A stretch of 64,000 nucleotides of DNA from contig JBHGNT010000006.1 in the NCBI GenBank assembly GCA_043228905.1, forward strand, positions 21,080,001 to 21,144,000, in the 5' to 3' direction. The stretch's first letter is position 1. Every line of letters starts with the position of its first letter. This DNA is from Azolla caroliniana (lineage: Eukaryota > Plantae > Polypodiophyta). The translations under genes were made by a program, and so were the position numbers. Shown here piece by piece: positions 12,526 through 24,453 of this stretch. Below the pieces are notes generated by a model, which was not told where the DNA came from, ran no database searches, and was given only the letters and a program-made list of their open reading frames with translations.

Positions 12526-14676
12526 ATGACACACACTTGTAAGGCCACCTCAATGTTCAGGAGTATGATTGATAATGAACCAAAATCACCAACAAATGTT
12601 GATTCCAATGCAATAAACACAATGGACAAAAGGCTTATAAGTCACTTGATTTATCTTTAAGAAACCATAAACAAGCAAGGTGAAGATATTAGGATGTTAA
12701 TGAAAGAGAATGCCAAGCTCCAAACTATTGCCATTGAAAATGAAATTCTTAAGAAAGTGGTTGCAAATTTTGAAGAAGAGATTCAAGAATGTAAAAGAGT
12801 TTTTTTCGAAACAAATGAGCGCCTTAATAAGATTGAGTTAAAAGAAACATTAAAAGAAGAAAAATTAGACAAGATGAGGCGGGTGTAAGTGAGATGAGAA
12901 ATGTATGTACAACGAAATCATGGGCCGATGTATGTGGTGGGGATGGGGTATCAAACTCATCTAATATGCATGTGATGCATCAAGAGAAGAATATAGAAAG
13001 CATAGATGCCCGAGAATTGAAAGAGTGTGAACAAAGATCAAAGAACATTGTTATCCATGGGATTAAAGAGGAGAATATGGAAATACCCGCTTCCCTTGGA
13101 AAGGCCATTGGTGAATTTTTTAGCATGCATTATGGGATGTCGGATGTGAATGTATATGAGGCACACCGAGTTGGGAAACATGGTGTTACTCGCTCCAGAG
13201 AATGTCCCATTGTATGCACAATGACATATGATACAAAGCAGCGGATCATACTCGGAAATAGTTGGGTATACCTCAAAGGTACGCAATGCTTTGTGAGTGA
13301 AGATCATACTATCTCACAACAAAATGCCCGTCATAAAGCATATGAAGAAAGATTTAAAAATAAGGTTAAGGATGTGCTTAAAAATGGAAATGTAGGCAAA
13401 TAGGGACACGTAACCTATGAGACTAAACCACGTCTTTGACGACTATGTTTTTGGAATTGCAATGGATACCCATGAAATGCAGGATTCGGCACAGAGGAGT
13501 TCATCGATGACTCGGATATCACACTTCTTGTTGAAACATGGGAGAATGATACTCAAAGGATTCAAGGTTTAGGAAACTATAATGTAAACTCTTTGATATG
13601 GGAGAAAAATCCAAGACAAAGAAGAGGCCAAGGAGGGGTGGCATGTTTGATTAAGAAGGAAATAGAGAAATATTTGTCAATCGTAAAAAATGATGAACAT
13701 AAATGCTACATATGGATCAAAATAGAAACACCTAATGATTTGCCCACTTTTGTCGTTGGATGTTACATTCCTCATCAAGATTCTAACTTCTATGCTTGTT
13801 TGGATAAAGATCAACCTTTTGCAAATCTAGAAGTTGATATTGCTTATTTCAAATCCAAAGGGGAAGTTATTGTCTTTGGTGACATGAATGCTCGTACAAG
13901 AAGTTTCCAACTTGATTCACAAGAATCTTTCATGCCACATATCTCAAGGATGCAAGAGGATATGCAAATGTATAGTCGATCTTCTAGCGATGAAAAAGAT
14001 CCGGACCAATTTGGGAAACTACTCCTACAAATGTGCAATAGTAGCGGATTGCTTATTGCAAATGGTGTTTCCTTATGGCCCAATACTAACGGCTTTACAT
14101 GTAGAAAACACAATGGAAATAGTGTGATTGACTATGTGCTACTTTCCGAAGGTATTTTCGATCGTATACATAAATTCTCACAGGGGGAATGGACACTGGA
14201 ATCTGATCATATGAATTTATGTATTGATCTCAAATGTATGCATAGGTTTGATTGCGAGAAGTTCATTGAAGATAGTAAACAAACACACTTGAGCATGAAT
14301 CTTAAGCAAGCATCCATGTATTCCAAGATGGTTGAGGATATGTTACAAATGACAAAGACACAACATGGTGCCACACTAGAATGCAAATGGGAATCTTTTA
14401 AGAATGTCATTCTCTCTTGTACAAACAAATGTTTTTCGACCAATTGCACATCATGGAAATGCACCAAGAAATGCAAGAAAAAATGGGTTGATAAAGAATG
14501 TCATGAAGCTCGAAAGTGCCTTATGGTTTTGGTGTAGTTAAGGATAAAGAAAATTATCAAAAGCATTTGCATGACTATAAAAGGCTTATTCAAAGAAAGA
14601 AACGAATTTGGGAAGTTACTCAACAACTTCTCCAAATGCATGTGCTAAATTTTGGGGAAATCTAAAGGGGAAACGT
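12526..14676 (+). mobile_element. Non-LTR retrotransposon (RTEX-like LINE), 5' part: ORF1 (~12526-13403) and ORF2 apurinic endonuclease (~13440-14676)
   Basis: ORF1 has a coiled coil plus EQRSKNIVIHGIKEE/HRVGK/PIV motifs. ORF2 has APE motifs ETW, GGVA, GCYIP, GDMNAR, SVIDY, SDH (ORF 13593). Cut at 14677 by an LTR. Confidence 0.85.
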
Positions 14677-14785
14677 TGTCGCGTTGATACGCACGTGCGT
14701 GTAAAAGGGGCGGGACCACGGGGGTCTTGGACAAGGGAGAACGAGACGACAAGAAAACCGACTCCGGGCACGTCCCGGAGGCAAC

Positions 14786-14837
<52 letters not shown>

Positions 14838-14936
14838 TGGAGACCAGGTGGTCATGGGTTCGACCCCTACATTCCACAATGGCATCTAGTGAAAAAGAGA
14901 TATATATGAAGTATATAACAGTGAGGTGAGAAAATT

Positions 14937-14993
14937 GGATTTCGAACCCAAGACACAGTGCTTGTAGTGTTATCAACTTACCACTAGGGTAAG
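14937..14993 (-). other. tRNA-like Pol III A/B-box cassette (not a complete tRNA)
   Basis: Minus strand TACCCTAGTGGTAAG ... GGTTCGAAATCC, with 43 nt between box starts. A second B box GGTTCGACCCC faces it on the plus strand at ~14857-14867. Confidence 0.55.
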
Positions 14994-17900
14994 TGAAAAG
15001 AGAGATGATGATAGAAAAGAGAGAGAAGGAAGATATAGAAACCCAAATCTACAAAGATATATTAATAAGGAGTGATGATCATAGAAACAAGAGAAAGAAG
15101 ATACATAAACTCAAGCCTACAAGGATGAATTGATCACTAGAAAAAACGCACTACATGAATAGGCAAGAAAAACCCCACAAGAAAAAAGCCCCTTCCTCAC
15201 CACCTCACTCTTCTTGCTTTATATGAAGTTCTCCTCTAGTAGATAAGTTTCGCTTGCTTTCTTTTCCACGCTTTTTTTAGAGCTTTTCCATCTCCTATTC
15301 TTAGCTATGACACAATGATCTTCTAATCGTCATATCTCCCTCATCCATGCTCCAAATTTAGAGTTTTAAAAAGCTACGAATAGCTCTCGTCATAAGCTTT
15401 CCAACCCATATTTACACATTATATTTGGCTTCCAAACGAATGAGTTATGAGCGTTCGTTGTAGACTGCATTTTGGTGCCCACTTTTTTCTTCTTTTACTT
15501 TTCTCCACGTGACTTGCTTTTTGTTTGACTTATCCTCAAGACCTTAGCTCGTGATCTTGCCTTCCGGATGTGAACGCACCATACCTTATATTCTTGTAGA
15601 CTTCAATACCTTGAATTCTAAAAACACTTTCACAGTAAGCCCTCCCCCTTGCTTTTTTGTGAACCATTTATGGTGAACCCTAAGCTACTAATAAAACTAA
15701 AGGTTCTCCTTCGCCTTATTCATGGCTATAGACAAAGAAGGAGAAAATAAATAGAAAAGAAACAAACTATGTGAGTAAAACCCCCGCTAGTCGATAGGAA
15801 AAACCTCACACTTCTAAACACACACACATACACATTGACAATTGCCATCACCATCTTTCTCCTTGTCAACACAAAGAAAGAGGTTACAACAATTAGTATA
15901 TCTTCATCAACTTTCCAAACAGAAGTAGGTCTATGTGATACATAACTCTTGATAGAAGTAAGCATGTTAACATATGAATAAATCTTTCGAGCGAGCGAAC
16001 CTTTTGTACAAATACCTTCAAAGCTTCGAGACTTGTCAGAATTGTCATATTTTGAATTATGTCAATCTTTGCTTCATCAACATGACTTTCTTCTTGGCAC
16101 ACCACATTCTCCACATTACCTTGTTTTTTATGTATGACCATTTCATCTAGAATCTCATCTCGAAAAGGAAGCAAAAATAAATCTCGTTTGGTTGAATCAT
16201 TCAAGGATTGGAAGTTGACGTCTTTCTCCTTTGGAACAACCACAATAAGTGAGACAAACTTCAAATTCTCCAACTTGATGTGGTGCTTGATGCCTTCTAC
16301 TCTTATCTGTGAATACTCATTTATGAATAACTTTGTAAACTTAAAAAAGAGAGAAATAAACCTTAGATCCTCTTCTCCTTGGACATCGTTTGAAATCATC
16401 TTCTTTTTCCCCTTTAGGGTGATAATACTTTTCTCTTCAATGACTTCTTCTTCCTCCTTAGACACCATGTGGAATGATTTGTTTTCCCTATCCCACGAAT
16501 ATTCATCAATTGTTATGCTTTCCTCTTCTTGCTTGCCAATGTCGATAGATGATTCCTTCTCCTTTATACATTTGATTAGTTGTGGTGGATCCTTTGATGG
16601 TGATAAGTTAATGATACTCCAATCATGCATTACAAGTAAATCTCTTGGCTCTTGGTCAAATTGTTGTTGAAGAGTTGATGCCCACATAACTTTGTTGCTA
16701 CTCAATGCAAATCCAAAACATAAATCATGCACGAACACCTTCATACACTGCAACTTGGCACTTACCAATGCTTCCTTACACGCATTGATCTCCAAAAGCC
16801 AATCTCCAGCTATCACTTCTAGGTTACCTTCTTCATCTTGCAACTTCGTTGTGGGTACTTCACCATCAACAACTTCTTTTGTCATATCTTCCATTTCATC
16901 TTGCACATATTCATCATCAACCACCATATCACTTGTTGTATCAATAATGTCCTCAACATGATGTACATTGGCATCACCATCCATAACATCGCTTCTCATA
17001 ACTATCACCTTAGATTCGTCTTTCACATCATCATTCTTTATATCATGGTTGTCCTCATGAACTAGATGGGGGGACTCCACATTCATCACCTCTTCTTCAT
17101 TGTCTCTGGAATCACCTTCATAGACATCATTATAACTCCAAAAATTAGAATAATGATATGAGGAAACCTGTTGAATCGGACATTGCAAGTAGGCGGGTTG
17201 TTGGCTCATGACCGATCCACAATTATTATAGCTTGGATTTATGGTATATGACGCCGATAATCCATATGCTTCACCGAATAACAACTTCTTCAATTGTTGA
17301 TCATAACTTTGACATACTCGAAGCAAATCATGGAAAGACCTTGGGTACTTCATATGCACTTCATATTGAAAATATGGATCTAGCCCTGCTTTGAATCTTT
17401 CCATCTTGAAGTATACATCTTCAACGCCTCCAACAAGTCCAATCCAAGTGGACCATATATCCAAAAACGTCTTCTCATACTTGAGGTAGCACATTGGTGA
17501 AACCATACGCAATTGGAAAAGTTCTCTTCGTAGATTTGTCGCATCGCGAACTCCATATCGTGCCATTAGTTTGATGATGAATCGGTAGATCCAACCATCA
17601 ATTAGTGGACAACCGTTCCTCCCGTTATACAGAAAGGATCGACCCTCCCTGGAGCGCCAAAAATGAAAAGAGAGATGATGATAGAAAAGAGAGAGAAGGA
17701 AGATATAGAAACCCAAATCTACAAAGATATATTAATAAGGAGTGATGATCATAGAAACAAGAGAAAGAAGATACATAAACTCAAGCCTACAAGGATGAAT
17801 TGATCACTAGAAAAAACGCACTACATGAATAGGCAAGAAAAACCCCACAAGAAAAAAGCCCCTTCCTCACCACCTCACTCTTCTTGCTTTATATGAAGTT

Positions 17901-18304
17901 CTCCTCTAGTAGATAAGTTTCGCTTGCTTTCTTTTCCACGCTTTTTTTAGAGCTTTTCCATCTCCTATTCTTAGCTATGACACAATGATCTTCTAATCGT
18001 CATATCTCCCTCATCCATGCTCCAAATTTAGAGTTTTAAAAAGCTACGAATAGCTCTCGTCATAAGCTTTCCAACCCATATTTACACATTATATTTGGCT
18101 TCCAAACGAATGAGTTATGAGCGTTCGTTGTAGACTACATTTTGGTGCCCACTTTTTTCTTCTTTTACTTTTCTCCACGTGACTTGCTTTTTGTTTGACT
18201 TATCCTCAAGACCTTAGCTCGTGATCTTGCCTTCCGGATGTGAACGCACCATACCTTATATTCTTGTAGACTTCAATACCTTGAATTCTAAAAACACTTT
18301 CACA
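14994..18304 (-). mobile_element. Young non-autonomous Gypsy-type LTR element (TR-GAG-like); 641-bp LTRs 14994-15634 and 17664-18304, TSD GTAAG
   Basis: LTR copies differ at only one position that I could find (15467 G vs 18137 A). PBS TGGCGCTCCAGGGAGGGTCGA (minus, ~17659-17639) is complementary to a tRNA 3' end, Asn-like by inference. PPT AAGGGGGAGGG at ~15640-15650. TSD at 14989-14993 and 18305-18309. Confidence 0.92.
15893..17566 (-). CDS. Uninterrupted ~557-aa gag-like protein with acidic linker and vestigial RT-derived segments
   Basis: ORF 15893-17716; first ATG downstream of the PBS is at 17566 (MARYG...). Retrotransposon gag-like RFKAGLDPYFQYEVHMKYPRSFHDL. RT-like remnants IVVVPKE, VNFQSLNDSTKRDLFLLPFRDEILD, VDEAKIDII; no YxDD, protease or integrase. 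Confidence 0.75.
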   Translation of the reverse strand: MARYGVRDATNLRRELFQLRMVSPMCYLKYEKTFLDIWSTWIGLVGGVEDVYFKMERFKAGLDPYFQYEVHMKYPRSFHDLLRVCQSYDQQLKKLLFGEAYGLSASYTINPSYNNCGSVMSQQPAYLQCPIQQVSSYHYSNFWSYNDVYEGDSRDNEEEVMNVESPHLVHEDNHDIKNDDVKDESKVIVMRSDVMDGDANVHHVEDIIDTTSDMVVDDEYVQDEMEDMTKEVVDGEVPTTKLQDEEGNLEVIAGDWLLEINACKEALVSAKLQCMKVFVHDLCFGFALSSNKVMWASTLQQQFDQEPRDLLVMHDWSIINLSPSKDPPQLIKCIKEKESSIDIGKQEEESITIDEYSWDRENKSFHMVSKEEEEVIEEKSIITLKGKKKMISNDVQGEEDLRFISLFFKFTKLFINEYSQIRVEGIKHHIKLENLKFVSLIVVVPKEKDVNFQSLNDSTKRDLFLLPFRDEILDEMVIHKKQGNVENVVCQEESHVDEAKIDIIQNMTILTSLEALKVFVQKVRSLERFIHMLTCLLLSRVMYHIDLLLFGKLMKIY

Positions 18305-18320
18305 GTAAGCTAATTACGAT

Positions 18321-18363
<43 letters not shown>

Positions 18364-19759
18364 ATGCGCAGGACGCCGACTCTTATGCATAGGGAACAAG
18401 GGCTATGTTCCCGACACTGCCAAATACACCAATATGCACAAACAGGTATAAGTATATATATTACAGGGAGAAAGATACAACCCCGGCTTCGAGCCGGCTA
18501 CGCTCCCAAGAAAGGAAGTTAACCTAACAGCTTTGCCGCCATAGCTACGGTGCCCGACTTCTCAAGAAGGAGAAGAAGAAAAAAAGAAAACATGAAGTTA
18601 CTAACCCTAGGAACTCTTAACAAAGAAATACCCTCTACAAAATGGTATACCCTCACAACTCAAAATGGGCAACCCTTCTACAAGGGACGATCCCTTCCTT
18701 TTATAGAACTAGGAGAGGGATGCGTTACAATGTGGGATAAATCCCAATTTACATGGGATTCTTTGTCCCGACTTGACTCCCACTCGGCGCCATAAAGGCA
18801 CCCCTATTATTCACACGTTTATACAAGGGTGAGTGCACATGATGCACTCCGCCGATTCTTCCGATATTCCCCGGTTTCTCACCATGGCCCAGAATCTTCA
18901 CAACATCCTCCCCCACCAAACCGCATGTCCACCGGTACGTGCCAAGTTCGGAGAAGTGTGAGAGATTCCGGTCGGTAAGGAACCGGTCTTCCGTAATCCG
19001 CATTCCGGCTGCTGTGTTGCCCTCGCTGGTCCGAACCGTCGGCTCCGGTTCCTTTTCCGCGTTTGCCTCGTCGTAGGCTTGTTCAACCCTTTGATAGGTC
19101 ATTCGCCACGATCCTGTAGTGCGCGTGCTTCCCCGTTGGCCCTTCTCTTGACCACATGCAAGCCTCTCGTTCCTTCGGTTACGCTATCATGGCGTGGCTT
19201 GCCTAGAAGCGTAGCGTTGCATAGACAAAAGATATCGTGAAAGTGAGGAAGGAATCATTGGGATTATGGGCAAAAGAGACAAAAGAGTAGAGATAGAGTA
19301 AATAGAGATCAACAAGATATGACAAGATAGGATATTGAATGATATTTGAAGGAATAAAAGAGATTTATAATTATTTGATGAAAGAGTTACAAAAGTGGTT
19401 GTAAGTGTCGTTGATCCTTCGAACTTGGTCTCACAAGATAATCTCTCTTCTCTTTCTTGATAGTAGGCCACAACAATCTTCACTTCAATATTTTGATGAA
19501 GATAAGTCTCAAACCGCCTCCCTCTTGTTGAGAGTTGACCACCACGATCACCAAGCTAGAGCTCCACCTTTATGTTGAACTTCTTCCTTTCTTTTTCTAT
19601 TTTATGGTATCTCTTATGTAATATATATTTGATTGATATCTCATACCTCTCCCCCTTTGATCTTCTCTTTCACCATTTAAATAGGTGCCCCCATGCATAT
19701 GATGCATTGGAGGGTACAAGTCATGCATGTAGTGCATGAAATGCATGTGATGCATGATC

Positions 19760-20898
19760 GCCATGTCCACCATGCCCACGGGGCCGATCCGCCTCCGTGT
19801 ACAGCATCCGATTGTCGGTGGGTGCACTTGTTGACGCACTAGCGTGGTTCTCCTCTACAAGGAGCATCGACTGTAAGTCGAAAAATGATGGCGTATTCTC
19901 CTTTGTACATACCGCCGTTCGGAACACTCTGAACTTAGACGTTAGGCCCCCAAGACAGATCTACACCATCTCATCTTCCTCTACAGTGACGTTGATAGAG
20001 GCAAGTGAGTCACAAATCTCTTTGATTCGGGACGTGTAATCGGCTACCGACATGTCCTTTTGTCGGACATTGCTCAACTCCTGTCGGAGTTGCAGCTTCC
20101 GGGCCATAGTGCTTCCCGCGAAAACCTTCTTCAGGTTTCCCCAAGCTTCTTTTGGCGTCTCGGCATCTCGGACATGGCTCCATGGCTCAGCAGCTGGTCT
20201 CCGACACTGGACGCAAAGTAGTACATTACTCTGCTTGTCGCTTGTTCCCACATTGGAAAGTCCTTGTGTGCCGCATCAGGTGCTGTGTCGTGAGCTCCGT
20301 CGACATAGCTCCAGTAACCATGCCCAAGCAGGTATCGGTGCATCTTGTAAGACCAAGATGCATAGTTGGATCTGTCGAGCTTCTCCACTGGGACCAAGCT
20401 AGCCATTCCTTTGTCCATCACTTCTCTTTCTGTTCTTACCGGGTCTTAGGGTTTGTCTTCAGATGCTGATGTCAGTTGCAAAGGTTCTTAACCCTTGTGC
20501 TCTGATACCATGTGAAAGGAATAGCGTGCGGAAGCGATAGAAGGCCAAACACAAAAAACACAGGTTTAATGGAGAGCTTGAATATACACAGTATGTGGGA
20601 GAGACAGAGAAAAATAAAATAAAATTCTATTACAAGACAATAATAGTTTTCTCTGTATATGTATATACAACGTGCTCAACAACACTACTTATACGAGTCC
20701 TCAAAGGACTGACAGAAGTATAACGTACTTCAATGCTCACACAGGAGTCTGACACTAACTACGAGACTATTAACTTCCTAGTAGTCTAGGCTACTACTAG
20801 GCTTCCGGTTACTGCTGGATCTGGCTAACCGGCTCCCCAACTCACCGGCTCATCCTTCCGAATGCCGATCCGGATCTGGTTGAGCTTGCCGCTCAACA
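19760..20898 (-). mobile_element. Truncated Copia D: 5' LTR 20511-20898, Met PBS, gag fragment 20421-19760
   Basis: Minus-strand PBS TGGTATCAGAGC (20510-20499). gag PVEKLDRSNYASWSYKM / RKLQLRQEL is homologous to Copia B gag. pol and 3' LTR absent. Confidence 0.85.
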
Positions 20899-21854
20899 TT
20901 TTGGGTCCTCAAGAAATATCTTTTTGACACTTTGGTGACCCTGGTTCTTCTCTATGGGGTGGAAGTATGGGGCGGTAGCATCCCTAAATCTACGTGGAAA
21001 GAGTTTGAAAATGTCCAAAAACATTTTCTTACAAAGTTTCTACAAGTTAAGAAACAAACACCCTACACCCTCCTCCTCCTTGAGACGGAGTCGCTTCCCA
21101 TTGAGATCATGGCCATGGAAAGGATTGTTGAATACATGCTTAAGGTTCAAAAAAGCCCCTCACATCGACTTCCTAGAATTGCATGGGAAGCAAGCAAAAA
21201 GATCTAAAAGACGCATAAAAGCAAAATTTTATGTTCCGGTTGGATGCAAGATTTAGAAAAATGGTTTGGTAGATGGGATGCAAGACACTTGCTTCATGAT
21301 GCGTCACTAGATTCCTCTGTAAATGAGGCCTTTTTGCAACGCAAATGTATCATGACATGGGACAAATGTGGTGGCTCATGCTTCACACATTATACTACAA
21401 ATGTTGCACCTAACTACAAAACCATATTCTTCGCGGAACGGGGAAGCCATACACATTGATACATGTTAGAGCCCATCCCAATATCTGCCATTCAAACCAT
21501 TGCTTCCATGCGACTTAGCTCACACACATTGAGATGTGAGACGGGGCGTTGGGGCACAAGTGATGAGAGTGGCCGACTTGCACACTTTGCCTAAACAAGT
21601 TCAAGAGCCTGAGTATCACATTTTGATACAATGCTCTACCTTTGATCATATTCGACCGTGCTTTCCACATCCCTTCGATCGAGCCCAATCCTTGCACAAA
21701 TTTCTCTCACAACCACGATGTGCACTCTCGATTGCAACATTCATTGGTAAAGTTCTTGAACATCGAGAGTCGCTACTCACCTTCACATGTATCACGTGAA
21801 ATGTAATATTTTTGGTCTCATAGGTCATATTTGACCTCCGAAGACGATAATATA

Positions 21855-21898
<44 letters not shown>
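20899..21898 (+). mobile_element. RTEX-like LINE 3' part: ORF2 C-terminus, 3' stem-loop and (ATCT)n tail
   Basis: LLYGVEVWG, LLLET, MRLSSHTLRCETGRW...CTLC...EYHILIQC CCHC-type C-terminus. Hairpin GGTCA-TATT-TGACC at ~21823-21836. (ATCT)n tail ~21855-21898. Confidence 0.85.
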
Positions 21899-21977
21899 CT
21901 ATTGTCCTACGAGTGCACACACAGTTCACCTCCACTGCATAGCATCACCTACGCCTCTCCTTCTTTACACAAAATCA

Positions 21978-22245
21978 ACCCTAGTAACATAATTTCTAGA
22001 ATTTGATTAAAATCATTACTTTATTGGTTCCAAAATAAACCTTAATAACATAAATTCTAGAGTCTAATTCTAATTAAAGTGAGCTTTATTGCTTCCAAAT
22101 AAACTCTAATAATTCATTTATAGAATCTTATTCTAATCAGAACTTTATTGCTTCCAAACACAACCCTAATATGAAATTTCTAGAATCTGATTCTAATGAG
22201 AGCTCTATTGCTGCCAAAATAAACACTATTTACATCATTTCCAAA
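21978..22245. repeat. Degenerate ~60-bp tandem repeat, about 4.5 copies
   Basis: Recurrent units AACCCTAATA...TTTCTAGAATCT.ATTCTAAT...CTTTATTGCTTCCAAA. Confidence 0.8.
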
Positions 22246-23591
22246 AGTTGAGGAAAACTCACCTATTAGACTGAGATTTCCGCAACATCCTGGTTTGCGA
22301 CTCCGACGACTTTGCCATAAACCATAACCATATAAAAACTATTATAAGAGAGTCCTAAAAGAAAAAAAATGATATATAGGTGTGTGTGGTATATATTTTT
22401 TAATTGATACATACCTATATGAGGAGGGAACTAGTTGTGTGTTAATGGTAGTATGGTAGTCTATTAATTCTAAGTTTTTCTGTTGCTATGAGGGCTTCGT
22501 CTACATCTAAATTATCATAGTGGTCCATCTGTTTGAATTTGGGTGCAAAACTCGCGATGGGGAGGAATATGATGACATTAAAGGCAATAACATGAGTGCA
22601 GGAAACCCCATGTTCCATTATGTGTGTGTCCGAATTCAAAAATTTCCCTCCCCATAATAAATTATATGTATCTTTTAGATTTTCCCACTAAATATTAGCT
22701 AAAACAACAGCTAATCAGCTATGGCCATGTTAGCTACATATTAGCTATATCAATGTTTCCATTCCCATGCTTTTACCGTATAATATTTATCATAGGGGTA
22801 AGGCTTCGTCTTGTGTACTATAAGGTCACAGGGTCAATTCTTATTTGTGGTTATATCGTGACACTATCCCCTTCTTTGAACAACAAGTATTACGAGTTGT
22901 CCAAGGTGGAGGACCTGGTTTGTCTGGAGTTGTCGATGAAATTCTTGAACAAGACCTCGAGCATTTTCAATATTCTCTATCGGTTCCCAAGTACAATTAG
23001 TTGGACTATATCCTAGCTAATCCACCAAATAATAGAGCTATTTGTAAAAAATCTTGGAAACATTTTGATGTTGCTCCAATGTCTAATTTGTACATTTGTT
23101 TGTTGATCGTACCTTGAGCATTGTGAAGAGAGTCAACGGGAATGCAAAGTTAGGGAGGAGGGAATGTTGAAGGGAGCGCAAAGTTGAGGGGAGCGCAAAA
23201 ATTAAGAATAAGGGGAAAGGTGGCATTTAGTTTACTGCGGAGCATAGGGAAATTGTATGGTTAGTGGGCTAACCACTAGGTGATTAAGGGGTGAAAAAAA
23301 AAAAAACAAGAAATGCATCACGTTCTTAGTATCTTCCTATGATAAATAGCTTGCCTCGCGAACTTATGTAAAGCTCAGCAATCACTTCAACGGAGGGTCT
23401 TAGTCCTAGGTAGCGGCGCTGAATAGATATGTTGCTTCCAAGTACATCAACGAACGTATCTATACATCGATGGAGTTATGCCTCCCATCAATGTCATTAG
23501 CCTTGAGTCCGGACCAATGAATACCCTTTTGATAGCGAATTGGGTGAAAGTGGTTTTCGAGCTACTAACTTGTTTAACGTTTATCTATTGG

Positions 23592-23693
23592 CTCTCTCTC
23601 TCTCTCATGCTTTCCTCTCTCTTTTACAAAAAAGATATATTATTATTAACACCACTTCTTAATACAATACAAAGAGTTTTCGCCCCATACAAG

Positions 23694-23786
<93 letters not shown>

Positions 23787-23850
23787 AAAAAAGATATATT
23801 ATTATTAACATCACTTCTTAATACAAAGAGGTTCCGCACCATACAAGAGG
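23592..23850. repeat. (CT)n microsatellite flanked by a local ~80-bp duplication
   Basis: CTCTCTTTTACAAAAAAGATATATTATTATTAACA..CTTCTTAATACAA occurs at ~23615 and ~23775; long CT tract ~23697-23780. Confidence 0.85.
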
Positions 23851-24453
23851 AGATTAGGGTTCAGCTTACTTAACTCTTAATCTTAATCTCTTTTAACTAT
23901 AATGAAGGATTAAGTAGATAGAAGAGGATCTCTTGGCGTACTAATAGAAAAGGTGAATGTTGGAAGAGGAGAAGGTTCGATGAGGTGAAGGTTGGAGGAG
24001 GAGAATGCTCCAACTTCTTATCTCGTGATTGGAATCATGTTTAGAAAGAACCAACATGAACCTTGCGACAAACTCGTCTTGTCAACCATGCGAGTTTCAT
24101 GAAGCAATAATTTGAAGACTTGTCTTTTGCAAATTTTGTTCCAAATCATGTAACTTCGCGTCCCAAACTCGAAATCAAAAATTCAAAATTTTAACACAAC
24201 CGCCCTATTCAATAGAAAATTGATTACAAAATTTAGATTGGTATGGGTATCAAAAGCAAACTATATCAAAGAATAATGTGGACAATTCATAATATTATGG
24301 GAGGATCACAGAAACAAAATTAGCACATGTTAGTGCTAGGTCATGTCCTATTAGAATAATTAGAACAATGACATATTTGAGATTGATACTAGTTGTAATG
24401 TATTTCTTTACATTTGGTGGTTGGCTAATGATGGAACTACCAAGCCAGTGTGC

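Larger units (their letters stand above)
14677..19190 (-). mobile_element. Large LTR L (minus orientation), interrupted within its (GA)n tract; far boundary uncertain
   Basis: Starts TGTCGCG at the LINE break. (GA)n lies on both sides of the 14834-18322 insert. Reverse TATA at 18699-18705. U5 motif shared with LTRs K and J. Confidence 0.5.

Noticed and set aside
16134-17065. Plus-strand Ser/Ile-rich ORFs
   Set aside because: Antisense shadows of the acidic gag ORF; the same applies to most short ORFs opposite pol genes.
17567-17716. Hydrophobic N-terminal 50 aa of the 607-aa ORF
   Set aside because: Starts at a non-ATG codon inside the LTR/PBS; the ATG at 17566 is more plausible.
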